DNA of 64,000 nt from Acidimicrobiaceae bacterium (GCA_003170315.1 PNAH01000004.1:158805-222804); one strand, 5' to 3'. Shown: positions 29,794-40,066, numbered from the stretch's first letter. Notes: generated by a model not told the origin, from the sequence alone. Numbers and translations are program-made.

Positions 29794-29846
29794 CACTGCT
29801 CCTCTGCCACGTGGCGACTCTTCACATGCTAGAAGGAAGGAGGAAT

Positions 29847-31001
29847 ATGGAAGACGTGACGGACCCGCCAATCTCTGAACGCAGTCGCCGCTGGGCCGCC
29901 ACCATGGAGGGCTACGAGGGCGCCGCGGACGATGTCACGGTGGCGCATCGTGATTCCTCGGCCTCCATCGACGTCGCCGGTGGCTCTACCCCGGGATCGC
30001 TCGCCGAACGAGAAAAGCAACTCGACGCCACGCTCGCGGTGGGCGCGACCCGAGGCCACGGCGCGGGCAATCGGGGGCGCCCAGAGGAACCGGACGAATT
30101 CCGGTCGTGCTTCGAACGTGACCGCGACCGGATCCTGCATTCGAGCGCGTTTCGCCGACTGGCCGGCAAGACCCAGGTCTTTGTCTTCCCCGATGACCAC
30201 ATGCGCACGCGCCTCACCCACGCCCTCGAGGTCGCACAGGTCGCCACCGGCGTCGCTCGCGCCGTGGGACTCAACGTGGCCCTGACCGAGGCGATCGCGC
30301 TCGGGCACGACTGCGGCCACGGTCCCGGTGGCCACGCCAGCGAAGAAGCACTGGACCCTTTCGTGGTCGGGGGCTTCGATCACGCGACCTGGGGCGCGGA
30401 CGTGTCCCTCGTGAGCCTGAACCTCTGCCTCGAAACTCTTGATGGCATTCGCAACCACTCGTGGTCGCGCCCGGCCCCGATGACGCCCGAGGGCGAGGTC
30501 GTGAGTTGGGCCGACCGCATCGCCTACAGCTGCCACGACTTCGAAGACGCCGTCTCGGCGGGCATCGTCTCGTCCGATGAGTTGCCGGCCATCGTGCGCG
30601 AGCGCTGTGGCGTTCGACGCAGTCAACAGTTGGGCACCTTCATCAACGCGATGATTCGCACCATTCACTCGACCGGCGTCATTGGCATGGACGCGCGACA
30701 CTCCGAGGCGCTCGCGGCCTTTCGGACGTTCAATTACGAGACGATTTATCTGCGCAGCGCGTCGCGCCAACAGGCTTCGGCCGTCGTGGCGATGCTGCGT
30801 GCACTCGTGGAGTATTTCGCGATCCATCCGTCGCTTATTCCGGACGTCGTCGACGGCGACGAGGCGCTGGAGAATCCCGCGATGGCGTTACAACTGAGCG
30901 TCGCCTACGTCGCAGGCATGACCGATCGATTCGCCTGTCGTTGCGCCGTCACCCTGCTCGACTGGCCGATCGACCAACTGCCGAGTGGCATCGACCGCTA
31001 A
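29847..31001 (+). CDS. dgt: dGTP triphosphohydrolase-like HD-domain protein
   Basis: FERDRDRILHSSAFRRLAGKTQVF, RTRLTHALEVAQV and HDCGHGPGGH motifs. ATG 29847 is preceded by GAAGGAAGGAGG. Confidence 0.85.
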   Translation: MEDVTDPPISERSRRWAATMEGYEGAADDVTVAHRDSSASIDVAGGSTPGSLAEREKQLDATLAVGATRGHGAGNRGRPEEPDEFRSCFERDRDRILHSSAFRRLAGKTQVFVFPDDHMRTRLTHALEVAQVATGVARAVGLNVALTEAIALGHDCGHGPGGHASEEALDPFVVGGFDHATWGADVSLVSLNLCLETLDGIRNHSWSRPAPMTPEGEVVSWADRIAYSCHDFEDAVSAGIVSSDELPAIVRERCGVRRSQQLGTFINAMIRTIHSTGVIGMDARHSEALAAFRTFNYETIYLRSASRQQASAVVAMLRALVEYFAIHPSLIPDVVDGDEALENPAMALQLSVAYVAGMTDRFACRCAVTLLDWPIDQLPSGIDR

Positions 31002-31840
31002 GTATTGATGTTGACGAGTCCCGCCATGGGCGACGGTCCGCCGCGCATCCAATCCAGACGTAGCTCGGTGATGCGAAGCGCCGAGTGTTCGTGCGTCAGG
31101 ATCCAGAACTTCTCGTTGACCACCGCGTCTTCCACGGCCGTGGCGACGTCGGCGGCGTCGATGCCGGCGTTCACCAACGCCTCGGCAAGTTTCTTGATCT
31201 CTTCGTTCTCGGGATTCTCGGCGTAGCTGGCGAGCTCCTTGGGCATGTTGCGTTCGGACTCGAAGATACGGGTGCGCACGAAGTTGGGACAGAGCACCGA
31301 GACGTGGACGTTCTTACCGGTGTTGGCGAGTTCGTGGAAGAGCGACTCCGAGATGCCCACGACGGCGAACTTGCTCGCGTTGTACGGTCCCATACCCGCG
31401 ACGCCGACCAGCCCCGCTTCGGACGCCGTGTTGACGACGTGACCCTCGTTCTGCTCGAGGAAGAGAGGGATGAACGCGTTCATACCGTTCACTACGCCGT
31501 CGAGGTTGACGCTCATCACCCAATCCCAGATTTTCTTCGGTGTGCCGATGGTCGAACCGCCCGCGACACCGGCGTTGTTGAAGATCACGTGTACAGAGCC
31601 AAACTCTTTCAGCGCCGCGTCGCGCAGGGCTTCCACGTCAGATTCCTGGGCGACGTCGCAGTGCACGCCGATCACCGTCGCGCCATGCGAACGCATCTCT
31701 TTGACTTGGTGCTCTAATGGGCCGTCTTCGATGTCGCCGAGGACGATTTTCGCGCCGGCCTTCGAGAACTGAATGGCGGTGGCGAGGCCGATGCCGCTGG
31801 CCCCGCCGGTGATCACAGCTGTTTTTCCCTTTAGTTCCAT
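30998..31840 (-). CDS. SDR-family oxidoreductase
   Basis: TGGASGIG cofactor motif and YNASK catalytic Y-x3-K. Confidence 0.85.
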   Translation of the reverse strand: MELKGKTAVITGGASGIGLATAIQFSKAGAKIVLGDIEDGPLEHQVKEMRSHGATVIGVHCDVAQESDVEALRDAALKEFGSVHVIFNNAGVAGGSTIGTPKKIWDWVMSVNLDGVVNGMNAFIPLFLEQNEGHVVNTASEAGLVGVAGMGPYNASKFAVVGISESLFHELANTGKNVHVSVLCPNFVRTRIFESERNMPKELASYAENPENEEIKKLAEALVNAGIDAADVATAVEDAVVNEKFWILTHEHSALRITELRLDWMRGGPSPMAGLVNINT

Positions 31841-31908
31841 CGCTCGTCCTTGCTCGTCGTCTCGGCATTCCGACGTTAGACGGTGATTCGGTGAAGCGCT
31901 GAAGCTGT

Positions 31909-32874
31909 CTAGCCGAAGCCGCCGAAGAGACCTCGAGCCTGCAGCGACTGCCAGAACTCCGGTTCGTACGCGTGCTCGGGATCGTCACGCACCATTTGGT
32001 CGACGATTACGGCGTCCTCGCCGACGAGAATCCGCCACTTGTTCTGACGCACGCCGTCGAGGATGATCTCCGCGGCCGAAGCGGCACTGAGCGGGGCGAG
32101 GTCGCGGAAGGACTCGCCGAACATGGCGACACCTTTTCGAAGGTCCTCGTCGGATACTTCATCCACCGGCGTGCCATCGGCCGCGAGTTGACGTCGCACC
32201 TTCACGAGGTCCTCCTCGTCGAGCGTGTCCGGTTCCTTGCCATGCACGATTCCGGAATTGATGATGATTGACGTTCCGACGTGGCCCGGCATCACGACCG
32301 AAACCCGCACGTGGGGCGCATTCATCCGCAGGTCGGTGATCAGCGCCTCGCTGAAGCCGCGCACGGCGAACTTGGCGGCGCTGTAGGCAGTGTGGGGCCG
32401 ATTGGGTCCGACCGACGCGAAGATGCCGTTGATGCTGCTGGTGTTGACGATGTGGCCCTCGTCGGCCGCCATCAACATCCCCAGGAACGTCCGGGTGCCC
32501 AGATAGACGCCGCCCCAGTCGATGGCGAACGTCCGCTCCCACGCTGCTCGATCATCGTCGACAAAGCTCCCGGCGCCCGCGACGCCCGCATTGTTGAAGA
32601 GCAAATTGATCGACGACGTGGCGTGCTCTTTGGCAACTGCGTCGCGAAAGGACAACAGTTGAGTTTCGTCGGCCACGTCCGCCACGAACGTCGTCACTCG
32701 AGTACCGGCCGGAGCCGTCTCGAGAGCGAGGGATCTCGATTCGTCCAGTGTCGCGGTCGAGACGTCACAGGTCGCCACGTGACAACCGGCCTTCGCCAAT
32801 TGGCGCACGAGTTCACGTCCCATTCCCGTGCCGCCGCCCGTGACGACCGCAATCCGTCCCGCGAAGTTCTCCAT
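31909..32874 (-). CDS. SDR-family oxidoreductase
   Basis: TGGGTGMG cofactor motif and YSAAK catalytic Y-x3-K. Confidence 0.85.
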   Translation of the reverse strand: MENFAGRIAVVTGGGTGMGRELVRQLAKAGCHVATCDVSTATLDESRSLALETAPAGTRVTTFVADVADETQLLSFRDAVAKEHATSSINLLFNNAGVAGAGSFVDDDRAAWERTFAIDWGGVYLGTRTFLGMLMAADEGHIVNTSSINGIFASVGPNRPHTAYSAAKFAVRGFSEALITDLRMNAPHVRVSVVMPGHVGTSIIINSGIVHGKEPDTLDEEDLVKVRRQLAADGTPVDEVSDEDLRKGVAMFGESFRDLAPLSAASAAEIILDGVRQNKWRILVGEDAVIVDQMVRDDPEHAYEPEFWQSLQARGLFGGFG

Positions 32875-32977
32875 GGCCCCCCTCAGTTTTTCTCATCCTA
32901 GAAGTTCATTCCGATCGCTGATGAGAGTGCGAAGAACCTCCGGGCGCGAGCTCGTCGTGACGCTCTAGCCTCGGGCC

Positions 32978-33883
32978 ATGACTGAAGTAGTCGACGATCT
33001 CGCGAACCGTCTCTGGCCCGGTCGAGTCCAGTCAATCGAGATACTCGCGCACGGCATCACGAACTCGAATTACGTGGTTGACCTCGGCGACGAGCGCGTC
33101 GTCGTGCGGGTCCCGGGCAACGACACTCACCTGCTCGGGATCGACCGAACCAACGAGGTCGTGGCCGGTGGATTGGCCGCGGCTATCGGCGTGGGACCGG
33201 AGGTCCTCGCCACCGACAAGTCGACTGGCTGCATCGTCTTTCGCTTCATCGACGGCCGGCCGATTTCGACGACGGAACTCGCCGAAGAGCCTATGCTCGC
33301 GCTATTCGCCGAAACCCTTCGCCTGGTCCACCACGCCGGGACGACCCCGACGATTTGGAATCCGTACAACGTCGTACGCGATCATCGCGACGTCGCCACC
33401 GCTCGCGGCGTGGAAGCGCCGTTCGACGCGCTCTTCGCCTTCGAGGTTCTCGAGCGCATCGAAATAGTCCGACCATTCCGGCCAGCGGTCTTGGGTCACA
33501 ACGACCTGTTGAACGCCAACTTCCTCTTCGACGACCGGCTGCGCATCGTTGACTGGGAGTACGCAGGAATGTCCGATCCGTTCTTCGACCTCGCCAACGT
33601 GTCGGTCAATAACGGCTTTCCCTTCGACGCCGAGATCGCCCTGCTGCGCCACTACGTCGGGGACGTGAGCGAACCCGTCATGTCGACGCTGCACCTCATG
33701 AAGATCGTCTCGGAGCTGCGCGAGGCGATGTGGGGTGTGGTTCAGATGGCGATCTCGTCGCTCGACGTGGACTTCACGACCTACGCGCATGATCGCGGCC
33801 AGCACGCGATCGACTTGGCACGCCAAGACGACATCGACGAGCGACTCCGCTTGGCGCAGCGTTACAGCAACGCCAACGCTTAA
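32978..33883 (+). CDS. Choline/ethanolamine-kinase-like phosphotransferase
   Basis: Brenner motif HNDLLNANFL followed by IVDWEYAG, as in choline/ethanolamine kinases. Confidence 0.75.
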   Translation: MTEVVDDLANRLWPGRVQSIEILAHGITNSNYVVDLGDERVVVRVPGNDTHLLGIDRTNEVVAGGLAAAIGVGPEVLATDKSTGCIVFRFIDGRPISTTELAEEPMLALFAETLRLVHHAGTTPTIWNPYNVVRDHRDVATARGVEAPFDALFAFEVLERIEIVRPFRPAVLGHNDLLNANFLFDDRLRIVDWEYAGMSDPFFDLANVSVNNGFPFDAEIALLRHYVGDVSEPVMSTLHLMKIVSELREAMWGVVQMAISSLDVDFTTYAHDRGQHAIDLARQDDIDERLRLAQRYSNANA

Positions 33884-36291
33884 AGCCGTACCTTTTCGTT
33901 GCTCGGATCAAAGAGTGGCTCGGCCCGCACTTCGGCGCCCACGTCGCGCCCGAACACACCGACGCTCACCTTGGTACCCGGTTCGACCAACTCCACGGGC
34001 AAATAGGCGTAGGCGATGGACGACTCGACGCTGTAGCCGTAACCGCCGCTCGTCACGCGTCCCAGGGCGCGACCTTCGAAGCGCACCGGCTCAGACCCCA
34101 GAACGATCGATCGCGGATCATCCAAGACCAGACAGGCCAGGCGTCGCGACGGCTCGCCGGCGCGCTCGAGCGCGTCGTGACCGATGAACGCACCCTTGTT
34201 CATCTTCACTGCGAATCCCAGTCCCGCCTCAAAGGGCGAGTCGGTCGTCGTGACGTCGCTCCCCCAGACGCGATAGCCCTTTTCCAGACGCAGTGATTCG
34301 ATCGCGCGATAGCCGCCGGGCAGGAGTCCGTGAGGCCGACCGGCGCTCATCAACGAGTCCCACAGTCCGAGGGCGTACTCGCTCGGGCAGTAGAGCTCCC
34401 AGCCCAGTTCGCCCACGAACGTGACGCGCACGGCGAGACACGGCACCGCGCCCACGTTGATCTCCTTCGCGCTCATGTAGCCGAAGGCCCCGTGCGAGAG
34501 GTCCGATTCACTGAGCGGCTGGAGGATCTCTCTCGCGCGTGGTCCCCAGAGGGCGAAACAGGCGTACTGCGAGGTGACATCTTCGACGACGACCGAGTCG
34601 TCCTCGAGGTGCTGGCGAATCCACGCGCCGTCGTGATTCCCGAAAGCCGTGCCGGTCACGAGACGAAAGCGGTCCTCGGCCAGTCTCGTCACGGTGAGGT
34701 CACATTCCACGCCACCGCGCGGGTTCAAGAGTTGGGTGTAGGTGACCGCGCCGACTCGACGCGCGACGCTGTTGGCGCAGAGCCGCTCCAAGAACGCGGC
34801 CGCGCCCGATCCGGTGACGTCGAGCTTGGAGAACGAACTCTCGTCAAAGATCGCCGCGCTACTGCGACAGGCGAGGTGTTCAACGCCGATCGCCGGTGAC
34901 CACAGCATCCCGGCCCATCCGTCGGGCCTCGTCGAGTCGTCGCCCGAGGAGGCGTTGGATTCGTACCAGTTGACCCGTTCCCACCCGGACTTCTCGCCGA
35001 AGGCCGCGCCGAGGTCCCGGTGACGCGCGTTGACCGCCGAGACCTTGAGCGGACGCCCGGCCTGGCGCTCGTGGCCGGGGTACTTGACGTCGTAGTACGT
35101 CGCGTAGATCTCATCGGTGCGAATCAACGTGTAGTCGCGACTTCGGTACTGCGGGCCGAAGCGCCGCGAGTCCAGGGCCCACGCGTCGAGGCTCGGCTGG
35201 CCCTCGATGATCCATTCGGCCATCAACTTGCCCATGCCCCCGGCGCCGGCGATGCCGTGCGCGCAAAACCCGGCCGCGACCCAGAACCCGGCGACCGTGC
35301 TCTCCCCGAGGATGAACTCGCCATCGGGGGTGAAGGCCTCGGGACCATTGATCAACGTCACGATCTCGGCGTCGGCCAGTTCGGGAACGCGAGAGATCGC
35401 GGCCTCGAAGAGCGGCGCGAAGCGGTCCCAGTCGGGCTCGAGCAACCGAGAGTTGAAGTCCGCGGCGATACCGCCGTGTCCCCACACCGAGGGATTTCGC
35501 TCGTAACCGCCCACCACCAGTCCGCCACTCTCGGCGCGAAAGTAGACCAATCGCGCGGGGTCGCGCAGCGTAGGCATGTCGCGCGACAGCCCGGTGGGCT
35601 TGGTGATCGCGTACTGGTGCGCCATCGCCACCAGCGGGACGTGCACGCCGGCCAGCAGGCCGATTTCGTGGGCATAAATTCCACCGGCGTTGACGACGTA
35701 CTCGCATTCGATCGTTCCCTGGTCCGTCTCGACCGCGTGCACGCGATTGTTCTCAACGCGCACGCCGGTGACCCGCGTGTTCGTGAGGATCGTCGCGCCC
35801 CGCTGGCGCGCGCCCCGCGCCAGCGCGAGCGTCAACTGACTCGGATCGACGTAGCCGTCGGACGGCAACAGAGCCGCACCGAGCACGCCCTCGGTCGACA
35901 TTGGCGGAAACATCGATTGGGCTTCGTCGGCCGAGACGAGGTGCATCGGTAGCCCGAACGTCTCGGCCCAAGCGGCCTGGCGTTCGAGCTCTTCTAAGTG
36001 CTCCTTGGACGAGGCGAGGCGCAACGAGCCGACCTCGCGCCAGCCCGTCTCGAGCTCTACCTCTTCACCCAAGGTTCGATAGAGATCGACCGAGTTCATC
36101 ATCATCTGGGTGAGCGAAAGCGAGTTGCGGAGCTGTCCCACCAGTCCGGCCGAATGGAAGGTGGAGCCGCTGGTCAACTCGGAGCGCTCGACCAGCGCCA
36201 CGTCGCTCCAGCCGAGTCGCGCCAGCCAGTAGAGGATCGAACAGCCCCCGATTCCCCCGCCAATCACCACTACGCGTGCTCTATCGATCAT
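33880..36291 (-). CDS. FAD-dependent amine dehydrogenase with C-terminal folate-binding GcvT domains (dimethylglycine/sarcosine dehydrogenase-like)
   Basis: N-terminal VVIGGGIGGCS dinucleotide fold. 803 aa with an aminomethyltransferase-like C-terminal half. Confidence 0.85.
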   Translation of the reverse strand: MIDRARVVVIGGGIGGCSILYWLARLGWSDVALVERSELTSGSTFHSAGLVGQLRNSLSLTQMMMNSVDLYRTLGEEVELETGWREVGSLRLASSKEHLEELERQAAWAETFGLPMHLVSADEAQSMFPPMSTEGVLGAALLPSDGYVDPSQLTLALARGARQRGATILTNTRVTGVRVENNRVHAVETDQGTIECEYVVNAGGIYAHEIGLLAGVHVPLVAMAHQYAITKPTGLSRDMPTLRDPARLVYFRAESGGLVVGGYERNPSVWGHGGIAADFNSRLLEPDWDRFAPLFEAAISRVPELADAEIVTLINGPEAFTPDGEFILGESTVAGFWVAAGFCAHGIAGAGGMGKLMAEWIIEGQPSLDAWALDSRRFGPQYRSRDYTLIRTDEIYATYYDVKYPGHERQAGRPLKVSAVNARHRDLGAAFGEKSGWERVNWYESNASSGDDSTRPDGWAGMLWSPAIGVEHLACRSSAAIFDESSFSKLDVTGSGAAAFLERLCANSVARRVGAVTYTQLLNPRGGVECDLTVTRLAEDRFRLVTGTAFGNHDGAWIRQHLEDDSVVVEDVTSQYACFALWGPRAREILQPLSESDLSHGAFGYMSAKEINVGAVPCLAVRVTFVGELGWELYCPSEYALGLWDSLMSAGRPHGLLPGGYRAIESLRLEKGYRVWGSDVTTTDSPFEAGLGFAVKMNKGAFIGHDALERAGEPSRRLACLVLDDPRSIVLGSEPVRFEGRALGRVTSGGYGYSVESSIAYAYLPVELVEPGTKVSVGVFGRDVGAEVRAEPLFDPSNEKVRL

Positions 36292-36322
36292 GTGTCTCCT
36301 CGCGCGCGTCGTTGGCTAAACT

Positions 36323-36330
36323 GTCTATAC
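36323..36330. promoter_or_regulatory. GTCTATAC, matching the HutC/GntR operator core GT-N-TA-N-AC, between the DMGDH-like gene and gntR
   Basis: Read directly. It lies 32 nt upstream of the DMGDH-like ATG (36291) in the divergent promoter region. Confidence 0.35.
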
Positions 36331-36438
36331 CAAAAAAGGTTGACGTGGCAAGTGAATACCGCCCGTTACTCTGCTTTGAGAGGATTAACTGTGCCCCCAA
36401 ACTCCAAATGGCCCCCGAAGATTTCGCGTTCCAAAGGG

Positions 36439-37155
36439 ATGCTTCACACCCAGATCGCCAACGCAGTCGCGTCCTCGATCACGCTGGGCCACTTTCGAAC
36501 CGGCGACCGACTTCCACCGGAACGAGAGCTCGCCAAAGAGTTCGGCGTCAACCGATTGACGGTGCGCCAGGCTCTCGCCGAACTCCAGATTCGCAAACTC
36601 ATTCACCGTCGCACCGGTCGAAACGGTGGTACTTTCATCGCCGAGCCGGTGATTGAGTACGACCTCACCACGTTTGCCGGATTCTCCGAACAGGCCCGCC
36701 GTCTGGGTCACGTCGCCGGCGCCCGGTTGTTGCGCACGGAACGGGTCGTGGCCGACGCGTCGACCGCCGACGCGTTGCAACTGTCCGAGGGTGACGAGGT
36801 CTACGAGATTGACCGACTGCGTTTCGCCAACGACCTACCGGTGCTGCTCGAACACTCGAGCTTTCCGGCCGAACGATTCGCCGGTTTGCTCAGCGAACCG
36901 CTCCACGGTTCGATCTACGAACTCCTCGAGCGGCGCTACGACGCTCGCCCGGTGCGGGCCGTGGAGCGAATCTCACCGATCGCCGCCAACGCCCGAACCG
37001 CTCGTCTGCTCGACGTCACCCGAGGCACGCCTTTGCTGCGCGTCGAACGAGAAGCGTTCGACGTGAACGGCGTACCGGTCGAGAGCGCGATCGACATTTT
37101 GCGCGCCGACCGCAGTCGCACACTCGTGTGGTCCTTCGAGCTCCCGCCGAAGTAA
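36439..37155 (+). CDS. GntR-family transcriptional regulator, HutC subfamily (UTRA effector domain)
   Basis: LPPERELAKEFGVNRLTVRQALAEL wHTH. ATG 36439 is preferred and GTG 36391 is possible. The track ORF from 35998 overlaps the divergent gene. Confidence 0.8.
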   Translation: MLHTQIANAVASSITLGHFRTGDRLPPERELAKEFGVNRLTVRQALAELQIRKLIHRRTGRNGGTFIAEPVIEYDLTTFAGFSEQARRLGHVAGARLLRTERVVADASTADALQLSEGDEVYEIDRLRFANDLPVLLEHSSFPAERFAGLLSEPLHGSIYELLERRYDARPVRAVERISPIAANARTARLLDVTRGTPLLRVEREAFDVNGVPVESAIDILRADRSRTLVWSFELPPK

Positions 37156-37171
37156 CCGCCTCCGGATTGAT

Positions 37172-38737
37172 TTAACTTCTGACCTCATCCGGTGGCAGTG
37201 ACTCCGCCGGAATGACTAGTGGGCCCGTCTCCGACGGCCTGATGATCTCCACCTTGGGCTTACGCACTTCGGAGAAGAAGTAGTAGAGCACGCCGATGAG
37301 CAAGATGACCCCGAGCACGGTGTAGAGAATCGGCACTTTGTTCAATTCACTTATACCCGTGCTGAGCGCGCCCAGTGTCTGATTCGGCGTGGGGTTGCTC
37401 GCTGCTCGGGGCCACGCGAAGTTGACCAGCATGGCCCCACCCCAGAGAAGGGCCAGGACGTTGACCGGAATCCCCCACTTGCCCAATGAGAATGGCGTCT
37501 TCTCCTTCGGCCAACCCTTGAGACGGGCCCCCAGGATCGCCAGGTTGCCGAGGAAGTACGCGAGATAGATCATGCCCGTGGCCGCGATGGCGACGATGCC
37601 GGCACCGGCGTACTTAAACAGCGGAATGGCCGCCAAAATTGCCACCACGATGCAGCAAAAAACTGGCGTGTGCAACGTTGGGTGCACCCTCGACAAGGTG
37701 GCCGATGCCGGAAGACGATTGTCGCGCGACATTCCAAAGCACAACCGGATGGTCGCCGCCATGATGGCGAGGCAGCACACCAGAATCGCGGCCGATACGA
37801 CCGCGAGATAGATAATCGCGTAGGGCTTGGAGAAGTTCGACTCAATGATGGTCGCCGGAGTCCACGCTCCGGCGATCGCCGTCTTGAGGTTCGGAATCGC
37901 CATCAAAATCGCGACGAGAAATATGCCGCCGATCACGAAGGCACCCGCAATGGACGTGAGGACCGCTTTCGGGGCCGCCCGTCGCGGGTCCTTGGTCTCC
38001 TCGGCGAGCGTGGACGCAGTATCAAATCCGTAGATCACGAAAAGGCTCATGAACATCGCGAGGAAGAACGAACCGAAACCGACGTGCAGGCCGCCGCTGT
38101 TGGTAACGATGGCAATCGACTGGTGACGGTGCGCGATCAACATCACGACCGCGAAGACCACGAGGCCCACGATCTCAAAGAAGACGCCGGTGTTGTTGAC
38201 GACCGAAACGACCTTGACACTGTAAATATTCAGCACCGTGATGACCAAGAGGGTGATGGCGGCCACCCAAATTTGGTCGTGTGTGGCGGTCGCATCGAGT
38301 TTCCAACCCATCAGGTTCACCATCGGCAGGATGGTGAGCGGCAACGTCACGACCACCGCCGTCACCGTAAGGACACCGGCGAAGATGTAGATCCATCCGG
38401 TGAACCACGCGTACGGACGTCCGGCCAGATACTTGGTCCACTGGAATACCGAACCAGCAATCGGGAAATGGCTCGACACCTCGGCGAAATTGAGGGCGAC
38501 CAGCATCTGGCCCGCGGCGACAATCGGCCAACTCCAAATGAAGACACCGCCGAGGGTCGTGAGTCCGAGTGCGAAGAGGGTGAAGATACCCGTGGATGGC
38601 GAGATGTAGCTAAAGGCCGCGGCGAAGGAACTGAAGAATCCGAGCGTCCGGTGCAGTTCTTGTTTGTAGCCGAAGGTGGCGAGGTCCTTCTGGTCGGTCT
38701 GACCCGAACCTAGGCCCGCAGTGTCGGTCTCATCCAT
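37172..38737 (-). CDS. APC-superfamily permease (amino acid/choline transporter-like)
   Basis: 521 aa, 12 or more TM segments. N-terminal FGYKQELHRTLGFFSSFAAAFSYIS is typical of APC/ACT-type permeases. Confidence 0.85.
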   Translation of the reverse strand: MDETDTAGLGSGQTDQKDLATFGYKQELHRTLGFFSSFAAAFSYISPSTGIFTLFALGLTTLGGVFIWSWPIVAAGQMLVALNFAEVSSHFPIAGSVFQWTKYLAGRPYAWFTGWIYIFAGVLTVTAVVVTLPLTILPMVNLMGWKLDATATHDQIWVAAITLLVITVLNIYSVKVVSVVNNTGVFFEIVGLVVFAVVMLIAHRHQSIAIVTNSGGLHVGFGSFFLAMFMSLFVIYGFDTASTLAEETKDPRRAAPKAVLTSIAGAFVIGGIFLVAILMAIPNLKTAIAGAWTPATIIESNFSKPYAIIYLAVVSAAILVCCLAIMAATIRLCFGMSRDNRLPASATLSRVHPTLHTPVFCCIVVAILAAIPLFKYAGAGIVAIAATGMIYLAYFLGNLAILGARLKGWPKEKTPFSLGKWGIPVNVLALLWGGAMLVNFAWPRAASNPTPNQTLGALSTGISELNKVPILYTVLGVILLIGVLYYFFSEVRKPKVEIIRPSETGPLVIPAESLPPDEVRS

Positions 38738-38780
38738 ATCTATCCCCCCGATAGCCCGGGCGCGTTTGCCCAGTGAACGG

Positions 38781-38812
38781 CAAATTATCAGATGAAACGT
38801 AAATTATCTAGA
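38781..38812. promoter_or_regulatory. Direct repeat AAATTATC (38781-38788 and 38800-38807) overlapping GTCTAGAT (minus strand, 38805-38812), upstream of the APC permease
   Basis: Read directly in the AT-rich 148-nt gap upstream of ATG 38737. TGTCTAGA resembles the TGTCTATA element at 36322-36329. Confidence 0.3.
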
Positions 38813-38885
38813 CAATTGTTTTGCCAGTCCCCAAACGGCGGATTCTCGTTCGAATGAGACGAACGACTGAGAATTGAGGCCGACG

Positions 38886-39998
38886 TTACGACAGTTTCAA
38901 CTCTTGACGATAAACCCGCGCAGGACCTTGGCTCACAATGGTGGCCGCCAGGGCCTTGAAGGCGAGTGCGACTTCGCTCTCGGGATCATGGACCACGATT
39001 GGCTCGCCCACGTCTCCACCTTCGCGCAGCTTGGTGTCGAGGGGAATCTGTGCCAATAGCGCGATGCCGAGCTCTTGCGCGAGTCGCGCGCCGCCACCGG
39101 AGCCGAAGATTTCGTATCGTTTGTTGTCGTCGCCCGTGAACCAACTCATGTTCTCGATGACACCGCGCACACTGAGCTTCAGTTTGCGCGCCGCGTACGC
39201 CGAACGCTGCGCGACGCGCTGAGCGGCCGCCTGTGGCGTCGTCACGACATACATCTCGATGCGCGGCAGTACCTCCGAAAGCGTCAAGGCCACATCACCG
39301 GTGCCGGGGGGCATGTCGATCAACAAAAAGTCGGGCTCGTCCCACCACGCTTCAGAAACGAGTTGCTGGATCGCTTTGTGCAGCATGGGACCGCGCCAGA
39401 TAACCGGCTGTTCGTCGGGCACGAAGTACCCCATCGACACGCAGCGCACGCCGTGGGCGAGCGTCGGAATGACCGTATCGCCGAGCACGATCGGATCGTT
39501 GACGGCGCCGAGCATCTTGGGTAAGGAGAAGCCGTACACGTCGGCGTCGAGGACACCCACGTCGTGACCGCTCTGGGCTAGGGCGATCGCGAGATTGACG
39601 GTCACCGAGGACTTGCCGACGCCCCCTTTGCCCGACGAGATCCCGAGAATCCGCGTCTTAGAGAGCTTGTCGAGGAACTTAGGAGGTGTGTCTCCGTGGG
39701 CGTGCTCCCCGGGTTCCGAATCGCCGGCCATGGCGCCTCGAAGGAAGTTGCGCAGCCCAAGGAGTTCCTCTTCGTCCATGGCCCGAACCACCACGGTGGC
39801 CTCCGGGACGATTTCTTTGATGGAACTTTCGAGCAGCGCAAGATTCGGCCAACTCGAGACGGGAAGGACGAGCTCGACCTTCAGTGAATCACCGACTTCC
39901 ACCACTTCACCGAGGAAACCCAATTCATCCAGCGTGCGAACCAGTTGTGGCTCGACGATCGCGCTGAGTTCGCGGTGGTGGGCACTGTTTGGGGTCAC
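38886..39998 (-). CDS. mrp: Mrp/ApbC/NBP35-family Fe-S cluster carrier ATPase with N-terminal DUF59-like domain
   Basis: Deviant Walker A SGKGGVGKSS and a CxxC-equivalent region. GTG 39998. Confidence 0.9.
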   Translation of the reverse strand: MTPNSAHHRELSAIVEPQLVRTLDELGFLGEVVEVGDSLKVELVLPVSSWPNLALLESSIKEIVPEATVVVRAMDEEELLGLRNFLRGAMAGDSEPGEHAHGDTPPKFLDKLSKTRILGISSGKGGVGKSSVTVNLAIALAQSGHDVGVLDADVYGFSLPKMLGAVNDPIVLGDTVIPTLAHGVRCVSMGYFVPDEQPVIWRGPMLHKAIQQLVSEAWWDEPDFLLIDMPPGTGDVALTLSEVLPRIEMYVVTTPQAAAQRVAQRSAYAARKLKLSVRGVIENMSWFTGDDNKRYEIFGSGGGARLAQELGIALLAQIPLDTKLREGGDVGEPIVVHDPESEVALAFKALAATIVSQGPARVYRQELKLS

Positions 39999-40066
39999 AA
40001 GATTCCTTTGAGAGGGCCATTAGAGGTTACCGGCGCGAAAGACCAAGGCGGTCCTAGACTTTCTAC

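Noticed and set aside
29847-31001. dGTPase considered as an anti-phage nucleotide-depletion defence gene
   Set aside because: It sits among conserved housekeeping genes (TB9.4, PHP, pdtaS, whiB) with no mobile or defence neighbours. It looks like the ordinary Dgt-like housekeeping paralogue.
35998-36438. Upstream extension of the GntR ORF. Analogous extensions were seen at 17940-18119 (HMGL-like) and 9818-10183 (DUF3090).
   Set aside because: The extensions overlap neighbouring genes in other frames and have non-protein-like composition. Internal starts give family-typical N-termini.
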